Of a DNA stretch of 64,000 nucleotides, positions 51,020 through 60,887 are shown piece after piece. The notes under the pieces are model-generated. The model made no database searches and had not been told where the DNA came from. It saw nothing but the letters and a program-made list of their open reading frames with translations. Position 1 is the first letter of the stretch; every line of letters begins with the position of its first letter. Made by a program: the position numbers and the translations under genes. The stretch is from an uncultured Candidatus Binatia bacterium (lineage in GTDB: Bacteria; Desulfobacterota; Binatia; Bin18): assembly GCA_965218395.1 (NCBI GenBank), contig OZ244620.1, forward strand, positions 1,226,818 through 1,290,817, read 5' to 3'.

Positions 51020-52276
51020 TTATGAAAACCCCATCACATCGTGGTAGTAATGCCAATAGCCACGCAGAGCCGTCTCAGTTATGAGGTTTTCCTGGTCCTC
51101 TATACCAGTACCACCCAATTCGAGCATTGAGCATTCGTCCTTTTCTCTGACAATCGCTTGCTGGACCAGCTCTGTTGCATAGCCGTCTTCCATGGAGACA
51201 TAGCCGGCTGGCCCGGCTAAATTGGCCTGTTTGAGACGGATGCGGCGCATCTCCTCGTCATCATCTTCAAAGCCAAAGAAGGTAAACACGAGCTCAAACC
51301 GATCCGGTCCCTTGGGCAAAATCTGTCGCGTGGCCAGGGTGTTTTGAATCTGCTGGACAACCAAGCACGGGAAGATCGTCTGGATTTGGACATTTAAGTC
51401 GATATCAAATTCTTGACGCGAGGTGAGGAGAGAAGGATCAGCCAGGGCATAGTCTTTTTGATAGCTATGCATATTCTTGCCTGTATACGCAGCCGTCTCT
51501 TCTTGCTCCGTCTTCCTGTAGGCGCGCACTATGCTGTGTCGGCCAGTCTCATCCATGGTGATGCCACCGCCTTGGGAGGAACGATACAGGCCAAAAGTAG
51601 TGAGGAAGAGATGGAGCAGACTGGCATGATAGGGATCTTTCACATTCTCTGCATAGAGTTTCCAGTTGGCATGGGTGAATTGCCGGGTATAGCCCAAGAC
51701 TTGCACGGGCCGATTGAAAACCCGGTCGAGCCACGGACGCATGGCCGGGCCAAGATAGTCGAAGAGGGGCTCAACCTCAGAAGAGAACGACGCGAAGATC
51801 AGACCTTTGTAGGTATCGACCCGGAGTTTCTGGAGTGAATGGTGCGCAGGATCAAAGTCGGCTGGGTAGCCGCCCTGTTGATTAATCCCCTTACGGAACG
51901 GCACCCCAATCAGGTCGCCTTTCTGGTTATAACTCCACTGATGGTAAATGCAGGTATGGCTCGCCTTATTCCCACGAGACTCGCGACAGACCATTGCGCC
52001 CCGATGCGCGCAGCGATTGACAAAGGCATGCAGAACGCCTTCTTTGTCACGCGACACCACAATCGGCGTGTCGCCAACAAACGTGGCCTTAAAGTCACCA
52101 GGGCTGGCAACCTCAGCTTCGAGCCCGACATAACTCCAGGTTGGACCCCTGAAGATGCGTTCCTGTTCGCGGCTATACACCCCAGGATCATAAAAGACTT
52201 GATACGGGACTGAGGTCATACCGGCTGTCGGCCAGTTGAAATCGACGCGCGAGTTTTCCATAGGTGAAAGGCTCAT
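51020..52276 (-). CDS. Rieske aromatic ring-hydroxylating oxygenase alpha subunit (salicylate 5-hydroxylase/anthranilate/terephthalate group)
   Basis: NRCAHRG..CIYHQW, ANWKLYAENVKDPYHASLLH, SMEDG; start after RBS GGAGG. Confidence 0.9.
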   Translation of the reverse strand: MSLSPMENSRVDFNWPTAGMTSVPYQVFYDPGVYSREQERIFRGPTWSYVGLEAEVASPGDFKATFVGDTPIVVSRDKEGVLHAFVNRCAHRGAMVCRESRGNKASHTCIYHQWSYNQKGDLIGVPFRKGINQQGGYPADFDPAHHSLQKLRVDTYKGLIFASFSSEVEPLFDYLGPAMRPWLDRVFNRPVQVLGYTRQFTHANWKLYAENVKDPYHASLLHLFLTTFGLYRSSQGGGITMDETGRHSIVRAYRKTEQEETAAYTGKNMHSYQKDYALADPSLLTSRQEFDIDLNVQIQTIFPCLVVQQIQNTLATRQILPKGPDRFELVFTFFGFEDDDEEMRRIRLKQANLAGPAGYVSMEDGYATELVQQAIVREKDECSMLELGGTGIEDQENLITETALRGYWHYYHDVMGFS

Positions 52277-52555
52277 TGGGGCACCTCCCTTACGCGCTCT
52301 GACAGAGAACCGATTTACGCGCGCCGCTCTTCCGGCCCGTAGTAGATACCGATTTGTATGTATTCGCAAGTCAGACTTGAGACGTTCGGAAACTGGGGGC
52401 GTTCTTGAATGAGTGGAATAAATGCGGGCGGTGGAGAGAAAGAAACCTTGAAGGGAAGAGGATTTAGCAGTACCATTCCACGCAGACCATGGGGGCATGA
52501 ACTGCTTCAGACTACTATCCGGTGTGAATGGGAGCGCCACCGAAGGAGGCGAAAA

Positions 52556-53389
52556 GTGATCCGTGTAACCGACGCAATGCGACAAGCTTTCTCAAGCGAT
52601 GGCGTGATCAAAGCTGAGGGGCTTTTGAGTGCGGCTGAACTCGCCGAGTGTCGACGTTGTTTGGACTTCAACCTCGCCAACCCAGGCCCGACGGCTCTCG
52701 AGATCTACGCAGGCACGAGCGATTCGCACTACAACGATCTCGGCACCGCCAAATCACTCGAAGTCTACCGACCGATGCTGGAGAAACTGGCTTTCGCGGA
52801 GTTCCTCGCAGATCTCTGGGGGTCGGAGCATGTCTGGTATTTTGGTGAGGAGATTTTTGTTAAAGACGGCGGAAAAGCTGGCCGTACCCTGTGGCACCAA
52901 GACACGCCCTATTTCCCGGCCGAAGGGTCTCATCTGGCGAATATCTGGATCAGTTTCGAGGCCTTGCCGGCTCGGAACGCCCTGGAAGTAATCCAGGGCT
53001 CCCATGTCGGCCCCATGTACGATGGGGCGGCGTTTATGGACTCCAAGGACCCGACACGGCCCCTTTGGGGCGCCGCGCATTTTCCGCGCTTGCCGGACAT
53101 CCAAGCCGAGCGGGCCAAGGATCCAAATTCGTGGGACGCGCGCTCTTGGGATTTGGAACCCGGTGATGCCGTCGTGCTTCATTCGGGGGCGTTGCACGGC
53201 GGAGCGCCGGTCGATGCCGCCTGCCCGACCCGCCATACCGTAGTGCTGCGTTTCTTCGGTGACGACCTCCGCTATCGGCCCTTCCCGGACGCCAAACCTG
53301 ATTACTTCATGGATCTGCGCGCCTTTGATGTCGGCTCGCTGAAAGCCGGCGATTTGTACCGAGGTGAGCACTTCTTGCAGTTGCGTTGA
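52556..53389 (+). CDS. Phytanoyl-CoA dioxygenase (PhyH) family Fe/2OG oxygenase
   Basis: TLWHQD, LEPGDAVVLH...LHGG, RHTVVLRF. Confidence 0.88.
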   Translation: MIRVTDAMRQAFSSDGVIKAEGLLSAAELAECRRCLDFNLANPGPTALEIYAGTSDSHYNDLGTAKSLEVYRPMLEKLAFAEFLADLWGSEHVWYFGEEIFVKDGGKAGRTLWHQDTPYFPAEGSHLANIWISFEALPARNALEVIQGSHVGPMYDGAAFMDSKDPTRPLWGAAHFPRLPDIQAERAKDPNSWDARSWDLEPGDAVVLHSGALHGGAPVDAACPTRHTVVLRFFGDDLRYRPFPDAKPDYFMDLRAFDVGSLKAGDLYRGEHFLQLR

Positions 53390-53724
53390 GGCCGCTCGCG
53401 GGGGATGGCAACGATTCGGGAGAAACTGGGCCATTGGGAAAATGAAAGAGAGATATTCTCAGGGCTTAGCAGATATGTAGTCACTACCTGTTACTACCTC
53501 TTCCCCTTGCCCTTTCTACGCGAGCCCGCCTTTTGTCCGTGTACTGTAGCCTACGTAAACGAATCACTGTCTGACAAAAATCGAGTTAGACGGCAAAATG
53601 ACTGGGCATTATAGGCAGGTGTCGGCAGGTGTCGCAGCCGACACTGGAACGGCATTTAAGCGGTCGTGAGTTCAATGCTCAGGGGTCGGGTCAGACGCAG
53701 CAGGAGCTGCGTCTGCTTGTCTTC

Positions 53725-55002
53725 TTAGAAGAAGATAAAGGAGCGGACCACGACGTTCCTGCGACAGGAGGCGTCGTCGGGCGCGGTTGGGTCGACGCAG
53801 GCCGAGTGGAACGACCAGCGCGAGACGGAGCCGTCGGTGACCGAGTCGTAGCACTTGAGCATCGACACCTCGGTCGGCTTCTGCTCGGGAAGCCAGTACC
53901 ACTCGTGGTTGGGGCGGTAGGTGAAGCGGGTGGTCTCACCGACGCGGTCGTCGTAGATACGGTAGTTGGTAATATACGGCTGGTCGGCGAAAGAGGGCCA
54001 GGCGCAGAGGACGAAGGGGTTCTGGCGCACGGTCTCCATCGGCTTGGCGAGGTTGATCGACATGAACCGCCGCGACATCTTGGCGTCGGCCTCCGCCCCC
54101 GTGTAGCGCTGCGTGCGCCCGAAGTTCCGCAGGTTCTTCGTGAGCAGCTCGCGGCAGCGCACGCGGCCGCTGTTGTCATTCAGGTCGTTGTGCACGATGT
54201 TGGCGTAGAAGGTGTTGACCCCTGGGTTCTTGTTGTCCTGATCCTCCTTGATAGCGCCCGTGTAATCCTTGTCAAACACGCCGTGGTTGTACACGAACGC
54301 ATCGGTCGCGTCCGGGAAGAACTCCAAGAGGAGCTTCTCCATCTCCGGGTAGAACACGCGCTCCACCTCGGTCGCGTCGTAGAAATTCTGGCACTTCGAT
54401 TCGCAGTGGGCGAGCGAGACGCCGAGCTTGTCCATGCACTCCGCGCTGGTGGGCGAGAGACCCGGGTAGTACTCCGCCATCCGCCGCGCGTCGCGCAATA
54501 CCTGCGGAAAATAAAGGCATCCCCGACTGATGTCCTGCTCTTCCTTGCGCAACATTTTTGCCTCGGCTTCGCGCGCCGGGTCCCGCCACAGGGCGTTGGA
54601 CGGAACGACCGAGTAGGATGGCTGCTCGAGGACGGAGTAGGGGAGCGGCAGGGCGACGCCGCCCTCCGGGGCTTCGATGTTGTGCGCCCGAATATAGTCC
54701 AGGCACTCGGCGTAGCTACGAAAGCCGACGCCCCACTTGGTCTCGATCGGGCCGGGAGGCGCCTTGTCGATCATGTCGATGACTGCTTGCTCTTCCCCCT
54801 CGGCAACCTGACGGAGCGCCGCCTCCATCGCCGCCGCGGTTCCCGCATCGCCGTCCTGATCAAACGACATGTAGGATAAACCGCCGTTCGCCGCGATAGG
54901 GGCTGGCTGCCCTACTGTGAGTTGGAGGGGAGGCACATAGGCCGACGAAACGCTCTCCGTAACCCCCACAATGTTGTTCTCGGCGGCGTTGACCCGGTCC
55001 AT
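53725..55002 (-). CDS. CmcJ/NvfI (GA4-desaturase/AsaB-like) oxidoreductase with N-terminal extension
   Basis: VHND, INLAKP, WYWLPEQKP.EV..LKCYDS, FHSAC.DP..P, RRNVVVRS. Confidence 0.75.
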   Translation of the reverse strand: MDRVNAAENNIVGVTESVSSAYVPPLQLTVGQPAPIAANGGLSYMSFDQDGDAGTAAAMEAALRQVAEGEEQAVIDMIDKAPPGPIETKWGVGFRSYAECLDYIRAHNIEAPEGGVALPLPYSVLEQPSYSVVPSNALWRDPAREAEAKMLRKEEQDISRGCLYFPQVLRDARRMAEYYPGLSPTSAECMDKLGVSLAHCESKCQNFYDATEVERVFYPEMEKLLLEFFPDATDAFVYNHGVFDKDYTGAIKEDQDNKNPGVNTFYANIVHNDLNDNSGRVRCRELLTKNLRNFGRTQRYTGAEADAKMSRRFMSINLAKPMETVRQNPFVLCAWPSFADQPYITNYRIYDDRVGETTRFTYRPNHEWYWLPEQKPTEVSMLKCYDSVTDGSVSRWSFHSACVDPTAPDDASCRRNVVVRSFIFF

Positions 55003-55067
55003 AATATACCCCCCAGTTAAAGATACCCTACCGTGGCACGCAGGGCTTGTCTTGGCAAGGGTAGGGT

Positions 55068-55082
55068 GGCCCTGTCCTAATT
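55068..55082 (+). repeat. Isolated copy of the IS6-like IR motif
   Basis: GGCCCTGTCCTAATT, 13/15 to the 16335 IR; no partner found. Confidence 0.55.
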
Positions 55083-55130
55083 AGGGTACTAATATGCTTG
55101 CGTCAGTAAATTCAAGATGCAGCCACACGC

Positions 55131-55373
55131 TTAGATGATCTCTTCATGCACAGAGAATCTGCCATCGCGATAACTGGCGAGAAGGTAGCAATCACCGCGG
55201 CGGCTTTTCCCGAAGGTGCGGGCTTGTTCGATAAGCTGATCGCGTAAACCTGCTATGTCGTCGAAAATCATCACCCGACAGTCTGCCCGCGCGAGCAGGA
55301 GTTTCTGGAAATCCTGCTGAATAGCGCGAGTCCCCCTCCACTCGATTTCCGCTACAAGAAAGACATCCTGCAC
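55131..55373 (-). pseudogene. 3' remnant of a possible nuclease-fold gene truncated by IS630
   Basis: LVAEIEW...DFQKLLLARA..RVMIF; the frame runs into the IS630 left end. Confidence 0.45.
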
Positions 55374-55387
55374 GACAAAACCGTCAC

Positions 55388-56450
55388 TAGAGCCTTCTGT
55401 GAATAGATTGAATCGGGGGGGGGTTCTTCAAGCCAGGGGGGCGGTGTGGCAAGCTGCGGGGAGCGGGAGGAAGGAGGCGAGCAGCAGATGGCCCGAGCGT
55501 ATTCTCAAGACTTGCGGGACCGAGTGATTGATGCCGTGACGCGGGAGGGGCTGAGCCGGCGGGCCGCGGCGCGGCGGTTTGGGGTCAGTAGCGCGTCCGC
55601 GATCAAGTGGCTCCAGCGCGTGCACAGGACCGGGGAGCGGGGGAGCGCGGGCACCGGGGGGCATCGGCCCTCGCAGGTGCAACCGGAGCGGGCGTGGTTA
55701 TTGGCGGTGATCGCGGTGCAGCCGGACATCACGCTGGCCGCGTTGGCGGCCCGGTTGTTGGAAGAGCGGGGGGTGAGGGCGGATACAGGGATGTTGTCCC
55801 GGTTCTTCACAGGGGCCGGGATCAGCTTTAAAAAAAGCCTCTCGGCCTCCGAGCAGGCGCGCCCGGACATCGCGCGGCGCCGGGCCCGCTGGCAGCGCGC
55901 GCAAGGCCAGCTTGATCCCCACCGGCTCGTGTTTATTGATGAGACGTGGGCCAAGACTAATATGACCCGCAGCCACGGCCGCTGCCCGCGTGGCCAGCGG
56001 TTGGCCGCCACGCGGCCCTATGGGCATTGGCAAACTCTGACCTTCGTGGCGGCCCTCCGGCGCGACCGCCTGACCGCCCCCTGTGTCTTCAACGGCCCGA
56101 TCAACGGTCCCCGCTTCCTCGCCTATGTGGAACAATGCCTCCTCCCCACGCTGACTGCTGGCGATATCGTCATCCTGGACAATCTCAGCAGCCACAAGAG
56201 CGCCGCCGTGCGGACCGCCATCGAGCGGGCGGGCGCCACGCTGCGCTTCCTGCCCCCCTATTCGCCCGATCTCAACCCGATTGAACAGGTCTTCGCCAAG
56301 CTCAAAGCCTCCCTCCGCCACGCGGCGGAACGCACGGTCGAGGCGACATGGCAACGGGTCGGAACCCTCCTTGATCGCTTCGGACCTGAGGAATGCCGCC
56401 ATTACTTCACCCATGCTGGCTATGCGTCAACCTAAAAACAGAAAGCACTA
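55388..56450 (+). mobile_element. IS630-family insertion sequence
   Basis: Ends CTAGAGCCTTCTGT / ACAGAAAGCACTAG (imperfect IR, TA-centred). Confidence 0.85.
55488..56435 (+). CDS. IS630 transposase, single reading frame
   Basis: MARAYSQDLR, VFIDET, ILDNLSSHK, LPPYSPDLNPIEQVF. Confidence 0.92.
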   Translation: MARAYSQDLRDRVIDAVTREGLSRRAAARRFGVSSASAIKWLQRVHRTGERGSAGTGGHRPSQVQPERAWLLAVIAVQPDITLAALAARLLEERGVRADTGMLSRFFTGAGISFKKSLSASEQARPDIARRRARWQRAQGQLDPHRLVFIDETWAKTNMTRSHGRCPRGQRLAATRPYGHWQTLTFVAALRRDRLTAPCVFNGPINGPRFLAYVEQCLLPTLTAGDIVILDNLSSHKSAAVRTAIERAGATLRFLPPYSPDLNPIEQVFAKLKASLRHAAERTVEATWQRVGTLLDRFGPEECRHYFTHAGYAST

Positions 56451-57288
56451 GGGTCAGGACTCATAAAGGGGGTTTTCTTGGCCAGCAGGGTGTGCTGCTC
56501 TCTCTGCCGTGGAGGGAAGAAGCGATGAGTAATCAGTTCTGGCTGTCCGCAGCCCAATTTGCCCGGCTCCAGCCGCTGTTGCCGACGGCCACGCGCGGGG
56601 TGCCGCGGGTGGACGACCGGCGGGTCATTTCGGGGATCGTGCACGTGTTGCAGAGCGGGTGTCGGTGGCGCGCTACGCCGCCCGTCTATGGGCCGTCCAA
56701 GACGTTGTACAACCGGTTCGTGCGCTGGGCGCGGAAGGGGGTCTGGGAGCGCGTCTTCACGGCACTGGCCCCGGCCGGCGGCCCGCCCGAGACGCTGATG
56801 CTCGATGCGACCTACGTCAAGGCGCATCGGTCGGCGGGGGGCGGAAAAGGGGGGCGCAGCAGCAGGCGATTGGGCGATCCCGTGGGGGGCGGACCACGAA
56901 AATCCATGCCGCGGTCGATGAGGCCGGCCGCCCCCGGCGGCTGATTATCGGCCCGGGCCATCGCGGGGACGCGCCTGTCGGCGCTGCCCTTGTGGCCACC
57001 CTGCGTCCGGCCCGCTGCCTGGCCGATACCGCCTACGACAGTGAGGCGTTGCGCGCCTGGCTGGAGACCCGGGGCTGCCAGCCGGTCAGCCCCAACAATC
57101 CGACTCGCAAGCGGAAACACCCCTTCGACAAAACCGCTTATCGGGCACGCAATATCATTGAACGTACCTTCTGTCGGCTCAAAGACTGGCGCCGCATCGC
57201 CACCCGCTACGACAAGCTCGCATACAACTACCTCGCCGCCGTCGCCCTCGCTGCCATCGTCATCTATTGGTTATGAGTCCAGACCCTA
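56449..57288 (+). mobile_element. IS5-family (IS427-group-like) insertion sequence, two-ORF frameshift transposase (56525-57276)
   Basis: IR CTAGGGTCAGGACTCATAA / TTATGAGTCCAGACCCTAG; orfA MSNQFWLS..LDATYVKAH, orfB GRSRGG..TKIH..LADTAYD..RNIIER.F..LK.WRRIATRYDK; slippery GGAAAAGGGGGG. Confidence 0.9.
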
Positions 57289-58086
57289 GAGCGTGTAGAA
57301 GGCGTAGCGCAGGGATAGCCACACCCCGTGGCTCGACAGATGGGCACGCGTTCGACCTACGTTGAGAGGAACCAGGACGTCGCCGGCCCGATTGACGACC
57401 CGTGCGATTCCCTCGTCTGTCTCGACGGCGCCGGAATCCGTATAGCGATACGCGATATCAAGCGTCAGCTTATCGGTCAGCGAGGTACCGACCCCCGCCG
57501 TCAGCATCCAGGCGAAATTGACTCGATGTCCACCCGGAGCGATAGTCCGCGTTCTGGTGAACTTCATACGGGTTTTGCCGATATCGATATACGTGGCGCC
57601 AGCGCCGGCGCCGATGAACGGGCTGAACGGCCCGAGCCGCGGCAGGCCCAACTGCGGCAGGTCCACATAGGCGGCAAACATGCCGGACAGGGAGGACAAT
57701 CGCGCCGAGACCTCCTGCCGACCTTGAGTTTGCAAAAAGTTAGCGCGGCCGGTGAGGGTGAATCTCGGACGGTACTGAAACAGGGCCTCAATCCGCAGGG
57801 CAGGCATGATGGCGTGGCCGAGCCCAAGCTCGAAGCCGGCCGGCGCGCTGAAATCGCCGTGCGTGCTCAAGGGCGCTCCGTCGTTGCCTGTCCCGCAGCC
57901 ATACAGGGCGTATATGGCCGGCGGAGTGTGGTTCGTACAGTCCTTGTCCTTGAAGCGCGTGTCCTCCGACCAATCGAGACCGACCCCGGCCCGCACATAG
58001 ACATCCTTCGCCTGAGCCCCGGCCCCGGAGGGCAAAGATATGGTCGTGATGACCGCGAAAATCGTATGGATTTGCCACCCCTTCAT
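57286..58086 (-). CDS. Outer-membrane beta-barrel protein (opacity/OmpA-TM-like)
   Basis: Signal peptide, GPFSPFIGAGAG, NFAWMLTAGVG, LDIAYRY.D.G, LSLRYAF. Confidence 0.8.
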   Translation of the reverse strand: MKGWQIHTIFAVITTISLPSGAGAQAKDVYVRAGVGLDWSEDTRFKDKDCTNHTPPAIYALYGCGTGNDGAPLSTHGDFSAPAGFELGLGHAIMPALRIEALFQYRPRFTLTGRANFLQTQGRQEVSARLSSLSGMFAAYVDLPQLGLPRLGPFSPFIGAGAGATYIDIGKTRMKFTRTRTIAPGGHRVNFAWMLTAGVGTSLTDKLTLDIAYRYTDSGAVETDEGIARVVNRAGDVLVPLNVGRTRAHLSSHGVWLSLRYAFYTL

Positions 58087-58200
58087 ATGCGGGAAGTGTA
58101 TAGTTCTTGGGGGATACGTCAATTCACGCGCGATGGATATTGCGCCGGACAAGGGCGGGGCATAAGACGGGAGGATCGCCAGTTGCACAGGAGACATACT

Positions 58201-59226
58201 ATGGCAACCGACCGCGAAGCCTGGCTCACACTGACCCCAGAAGAAGCGCTCGACCCGGACCTCCCTATTTGTGACCCCCATCACCATCTCTGGGATTATC
58301 CCAGGAATCGCTATTTGCTGGAAGACCTGCTCCAAGACCTCGGGGGCGGGCATCGGGTGACCCAGACGGTTTTTGTCGAGTGCGTGTCCATGTACCGCAA
58401 GGACGGTCCCGAAGAGATGCAGCCGGTCGGGGAGACTGAATTTGTGCAAGGCGTCGCCGCCCAGAGCGCGAGTGGAAACTACGGGCCGACGGCGGTCGCC
58501 GCCGGGATCGTCAGCCTGGCCAACCTCTCTCTCGGCCCGGCGGTCGAACCCGTCCTCGAAGCGCATATGGCAGCCAGCCGCAACCGTTTTCGCGGGATTC
58601 GGCACGCCTCAAGCTGGCACGCGCATGAGAAAATCAGGAACGCGCATACGCATCCGTCGGAAGGCCTCCTGTTGGACGCGACCTTCAGACAGGGCTTGGC
58701 CTGTTTACACAGGCTGGGTCTGAGTTTTGACGCCTGGATGTATCATACCCAGCTTGCCGACCTGGTTGACTTGGCTCACGCGTTTCCCGACGCAACCATC
58801 ATCCTGGATCATGTGGGCGGGCCGCTCGGCATCGGTCCGTACGCGGGCAAGCAGGACGAAGTCATGCAGGTCTGGAAAAAGGGTATTGCCGCTCTCTCAC
58901 ACTGTCAGAATGTGGTGGTCAAGCTTGGCGGCGTCACCATGCCGATGTGTGGCTTCGGCTGGCATCAGTGGGAAAAACCGCCGACCTCGGAGGAAATTGC
59001 TCGGGCCACCGCTCCGTATTATCTCTTTTGTATCGAGCAGTTCGGGGTAGACCGGTGTATGTTCGAGAGTAATTTCCCGGTTGATAAAGCGTCGTGCTCG
59101 TACACCGTGCTGTGGAATTCGTTTAAGCGCATCGTCCACGACTTCTCAGCCGATGAACGGCTGGCCCTCTTCCATGATACGGCCGCGCGGGCCTATAAAA
59201 TACAATCCGCAGCCCAGCTATCGTAG
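58201..59226 (+). CDS. Amidohydrolase_2 family protein
   Basis: DPHHHLWD, RFRGIRH, IILDHVGGP, RCMFESNFPVD. Confidence 0.92.
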   Translation: MATDREAWLTLTPEEALDPDLPICDPHHHLWDYPRNRYLLEDLLQDLGGGHRVTQTVFVECVSMYRKDGPEEMQPVGETEFVQGVAAQSASGNYGPTAVAAGIVSLANLSLGPAVEPVLEAHMAASRNRFRGIRHASSWHAHEKIRNAHTHPSEGLLLDATFRQGLACLHRLGLSFDAWMYHTQLADLVDLAHAFPDATIILDHVGGPLGIGPYAGKQDEVMQVWKKGIAALSHCQNVVVKLGGVTMPMCGFGWHQWEKPPTSEEIARATAPYYLFCIEQFGVDRCMFESNFPVDKASCSYTVLWNSFKRIVHDFSADERLALFHDTAARAYKIQSAAQLS

Positions 59227-59250
59227 GGGCGAAAAATCTTTCGCCCCTAC
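59223..59250. repeat. GTAG-type REP
   Basis: GTAGGGGCGAAAAATCTTTCGCCCCTAC between convergent genes. Confidence 0.8.
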
Positions 59251-60047
59251 AGCGTACCTGGCAGGGCCTGGTAAAAGCCATTGGTCTGGACCAACTCGAC
59301 CGGTGTTTCAAACAGGGCGCTGAGCTGCGCGTTGGTGAGCACCTCTTCTTTCTTGCCGTCCGCGATAACCCTGCCCTGTTTCAGCAGGACAACCCGTGAG
59401 ACCTCTGGTGGTATTTCGTGAATGTGGTGGGTCACCAGGGCCAGCGTCTTGCCAGCCTGCATCAAATGCCGAATGGTCGCCAGGTATTGAAAACAGGCTT
59501 GCAGGTCGAGCCCGCTGGTGGGTTCGTCCAATACCAGGGCTTCAGGGTCATTGATCAGCGCCCGGCCGAGGAGAAAGCGACGCTGCTCACCCGTAGACAT
59601 GGTCGCATAGGTTTTCTCTTGCAGCGCGCCGATCCCGAGCAGGTCCAGGACTTTTTGGGCGCGCGCCGTATCGTCGTCACTAAAAGTATGGTGCCAGGCG
59701 ATATCTATGCTCGAATAGAAGCCCGATAAAATAATATTAAACCCACGGGCATTGCCGACGTACTGCTGCTGCAAATCGTGGGACACGATGCCAAAGCGGG
59801 AGCGCAGTTCCCACACATCCCAGCGCTCCTGCCCATATAAACGCACATAGCTCTCTGCTTGACTCTTTGCTTGAGCAACCGGATAGAGGTCGCGGGACAG
59901 GAGTTTGAGCAGGGTTGATTTGCCCGCGCCATTGGGGCCAAGGATGACCGTGTTTTGGCCCTCGGTCAGGTCGAGAGAGAAATTCTCGAACACGCAGGTC
60001 TGACCACGATAGACGGTCGCGTTTTTAATCTCGATAATTTTTTGCAT
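59247..60047 (-). CDS. ABC ATP-binding protein (ModF/YlmA-like)
   Basis: GPNGAGKS, MSTGEQRR, LVLDEPT, VTHH. Confidence 0.92.
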   Translation of the reverse strand: MQKIIEIKNATVYRGQTCVFENFSLDLTEGQNTVILGPNGAGKSTLLKLLSRDLYPVAQAKSQAESYVRLYGQERWDVWELRSRFGIVSHDLQQQYVGNARGFNIILSGFYSSIDIAWHHTFSDDDTARAQKVLDLLGIGALQEKTYATMSTGEQRRFLLGRALINDPEALVLDEPTSGLDLQACFQYLATIRHLMQAGKTLALVTHHIHEIPPEVSRVVLLKQGRVIADGKKEEVLTNAQLSALFETPVELVQTNGFYQALPGTL

Positions 60048-60140
60048 ACAGCCTTCCAGACGAATAGCGCCGCACGTAGGAGTAATGCCGATAGCTCACC
60101 AGGCGGCATAAATGAGAAATGACCCGCGCGCAAGGGCAAT

Positions 60141-60464
60141 CTATTCGAGTCGTATCCAGAGGCAGTCCACCCCATCCAGCAACATATGAATGACCAGTCC
60201 CAGGGCGACCAGTCTCAGCCAGTTGACCCTGGGAATCACGAGCAGGAGCAGATAGGCGGCAATGGCCGGGTAGGAATGGAGCGGGTGAAAGCCGATGCCG
60301 CAGCGGTTCGGGTCGTAAATAGGGTCGGCCAGCAGGTGGTCAATATCAACAACCATCGTTCCGACCATAACCAGGAAGGCCCAGCGCCACCGCTCCACAT
60401 AGCATGTTCGGGCGACCAGCGCCGGAACAATGAAATGGAGAACCATATGAATAAGTGGGCGCAT
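60141..60464 (-). CDS. DUF6122-like membrane protein
   Basis: DIDHLLADPIYDPNRCGIGFHPLHS, HMLLDG.DC. Confidence 0.8.
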   Translation of the reverse strand: MRPLIHMVLHFIVPALVARTCYVERWRWAFLVMVGTMVVDIDHLLADPIYDPNRCGIGFHPLHSYPAIAAYLLLLVIPRVNWLRLVALGLVIHMLLDGVDCLWIRLE

Positions 60465-60631
60465 GGGCGTTGAGAGGACTCATCAATCAGGGGTGGGCGA
60501 GCTGCGTAGCGCCGAGGCCGCCCGGAAGGGAACTGACAAAGCCCACAGAGCATTAGCCCCACCACCGTAAGCTTACCCCATCATCAGGTAGAGATTTTTG
60601 GGAGAATGGGGGTGTGCTTCTTGGGCGACGG

Positions 60632-60847
60632 TTAGGCGGCCCTGTGGCCGCTGATAACTTCTCGTAGCCCTTCAAGCAAGCCGGCGAGGTGGGCTTGCTC
60701 ACGCTCCACCACGGCGAACCGATCCTCCAGACGGGCGAGTCGATCCTCCAAACGCTGGAAGTGCTGGATGAGAGATCGGTGGTTGGTCAGTATCAATCCG
60801 GCGAGTGCGACGCCAACGGCACACATGGTCAGCATCTCAGGGGTCAT
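60632..60847 (-). CDS. Small TM plus coiled-coil protein
   Basis: N-terminal hydrophobic helix, RLEDRLARLEDR heptads; RBS AAGGGAGG. Confidence 0.65.
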   Translation of the reverse strand: MTPEMLTMCAVGVALAGLILTNHRSLIQHFQRLEDRLARLEDRFAVVEREQAHLAGLLEGLREVISGHRAA

Positions 60848-60887
60848 GTGGCGTTCCTCCCTTCCTTAGACATAGCTGTTGGCCTGT

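Noticed and set aside
53629-54879. 416-aa plus-strand ORF
   Set aside because: Antisense shadow of the motif-bearing CmcJ/NvfI-like gene.
57328-59226. 632-aa ORF as one protein
   Set aside because: The 5' part is the antisense of the barrel gene; the amidohydrolase starts at 58201 after RBS AGGAGA.
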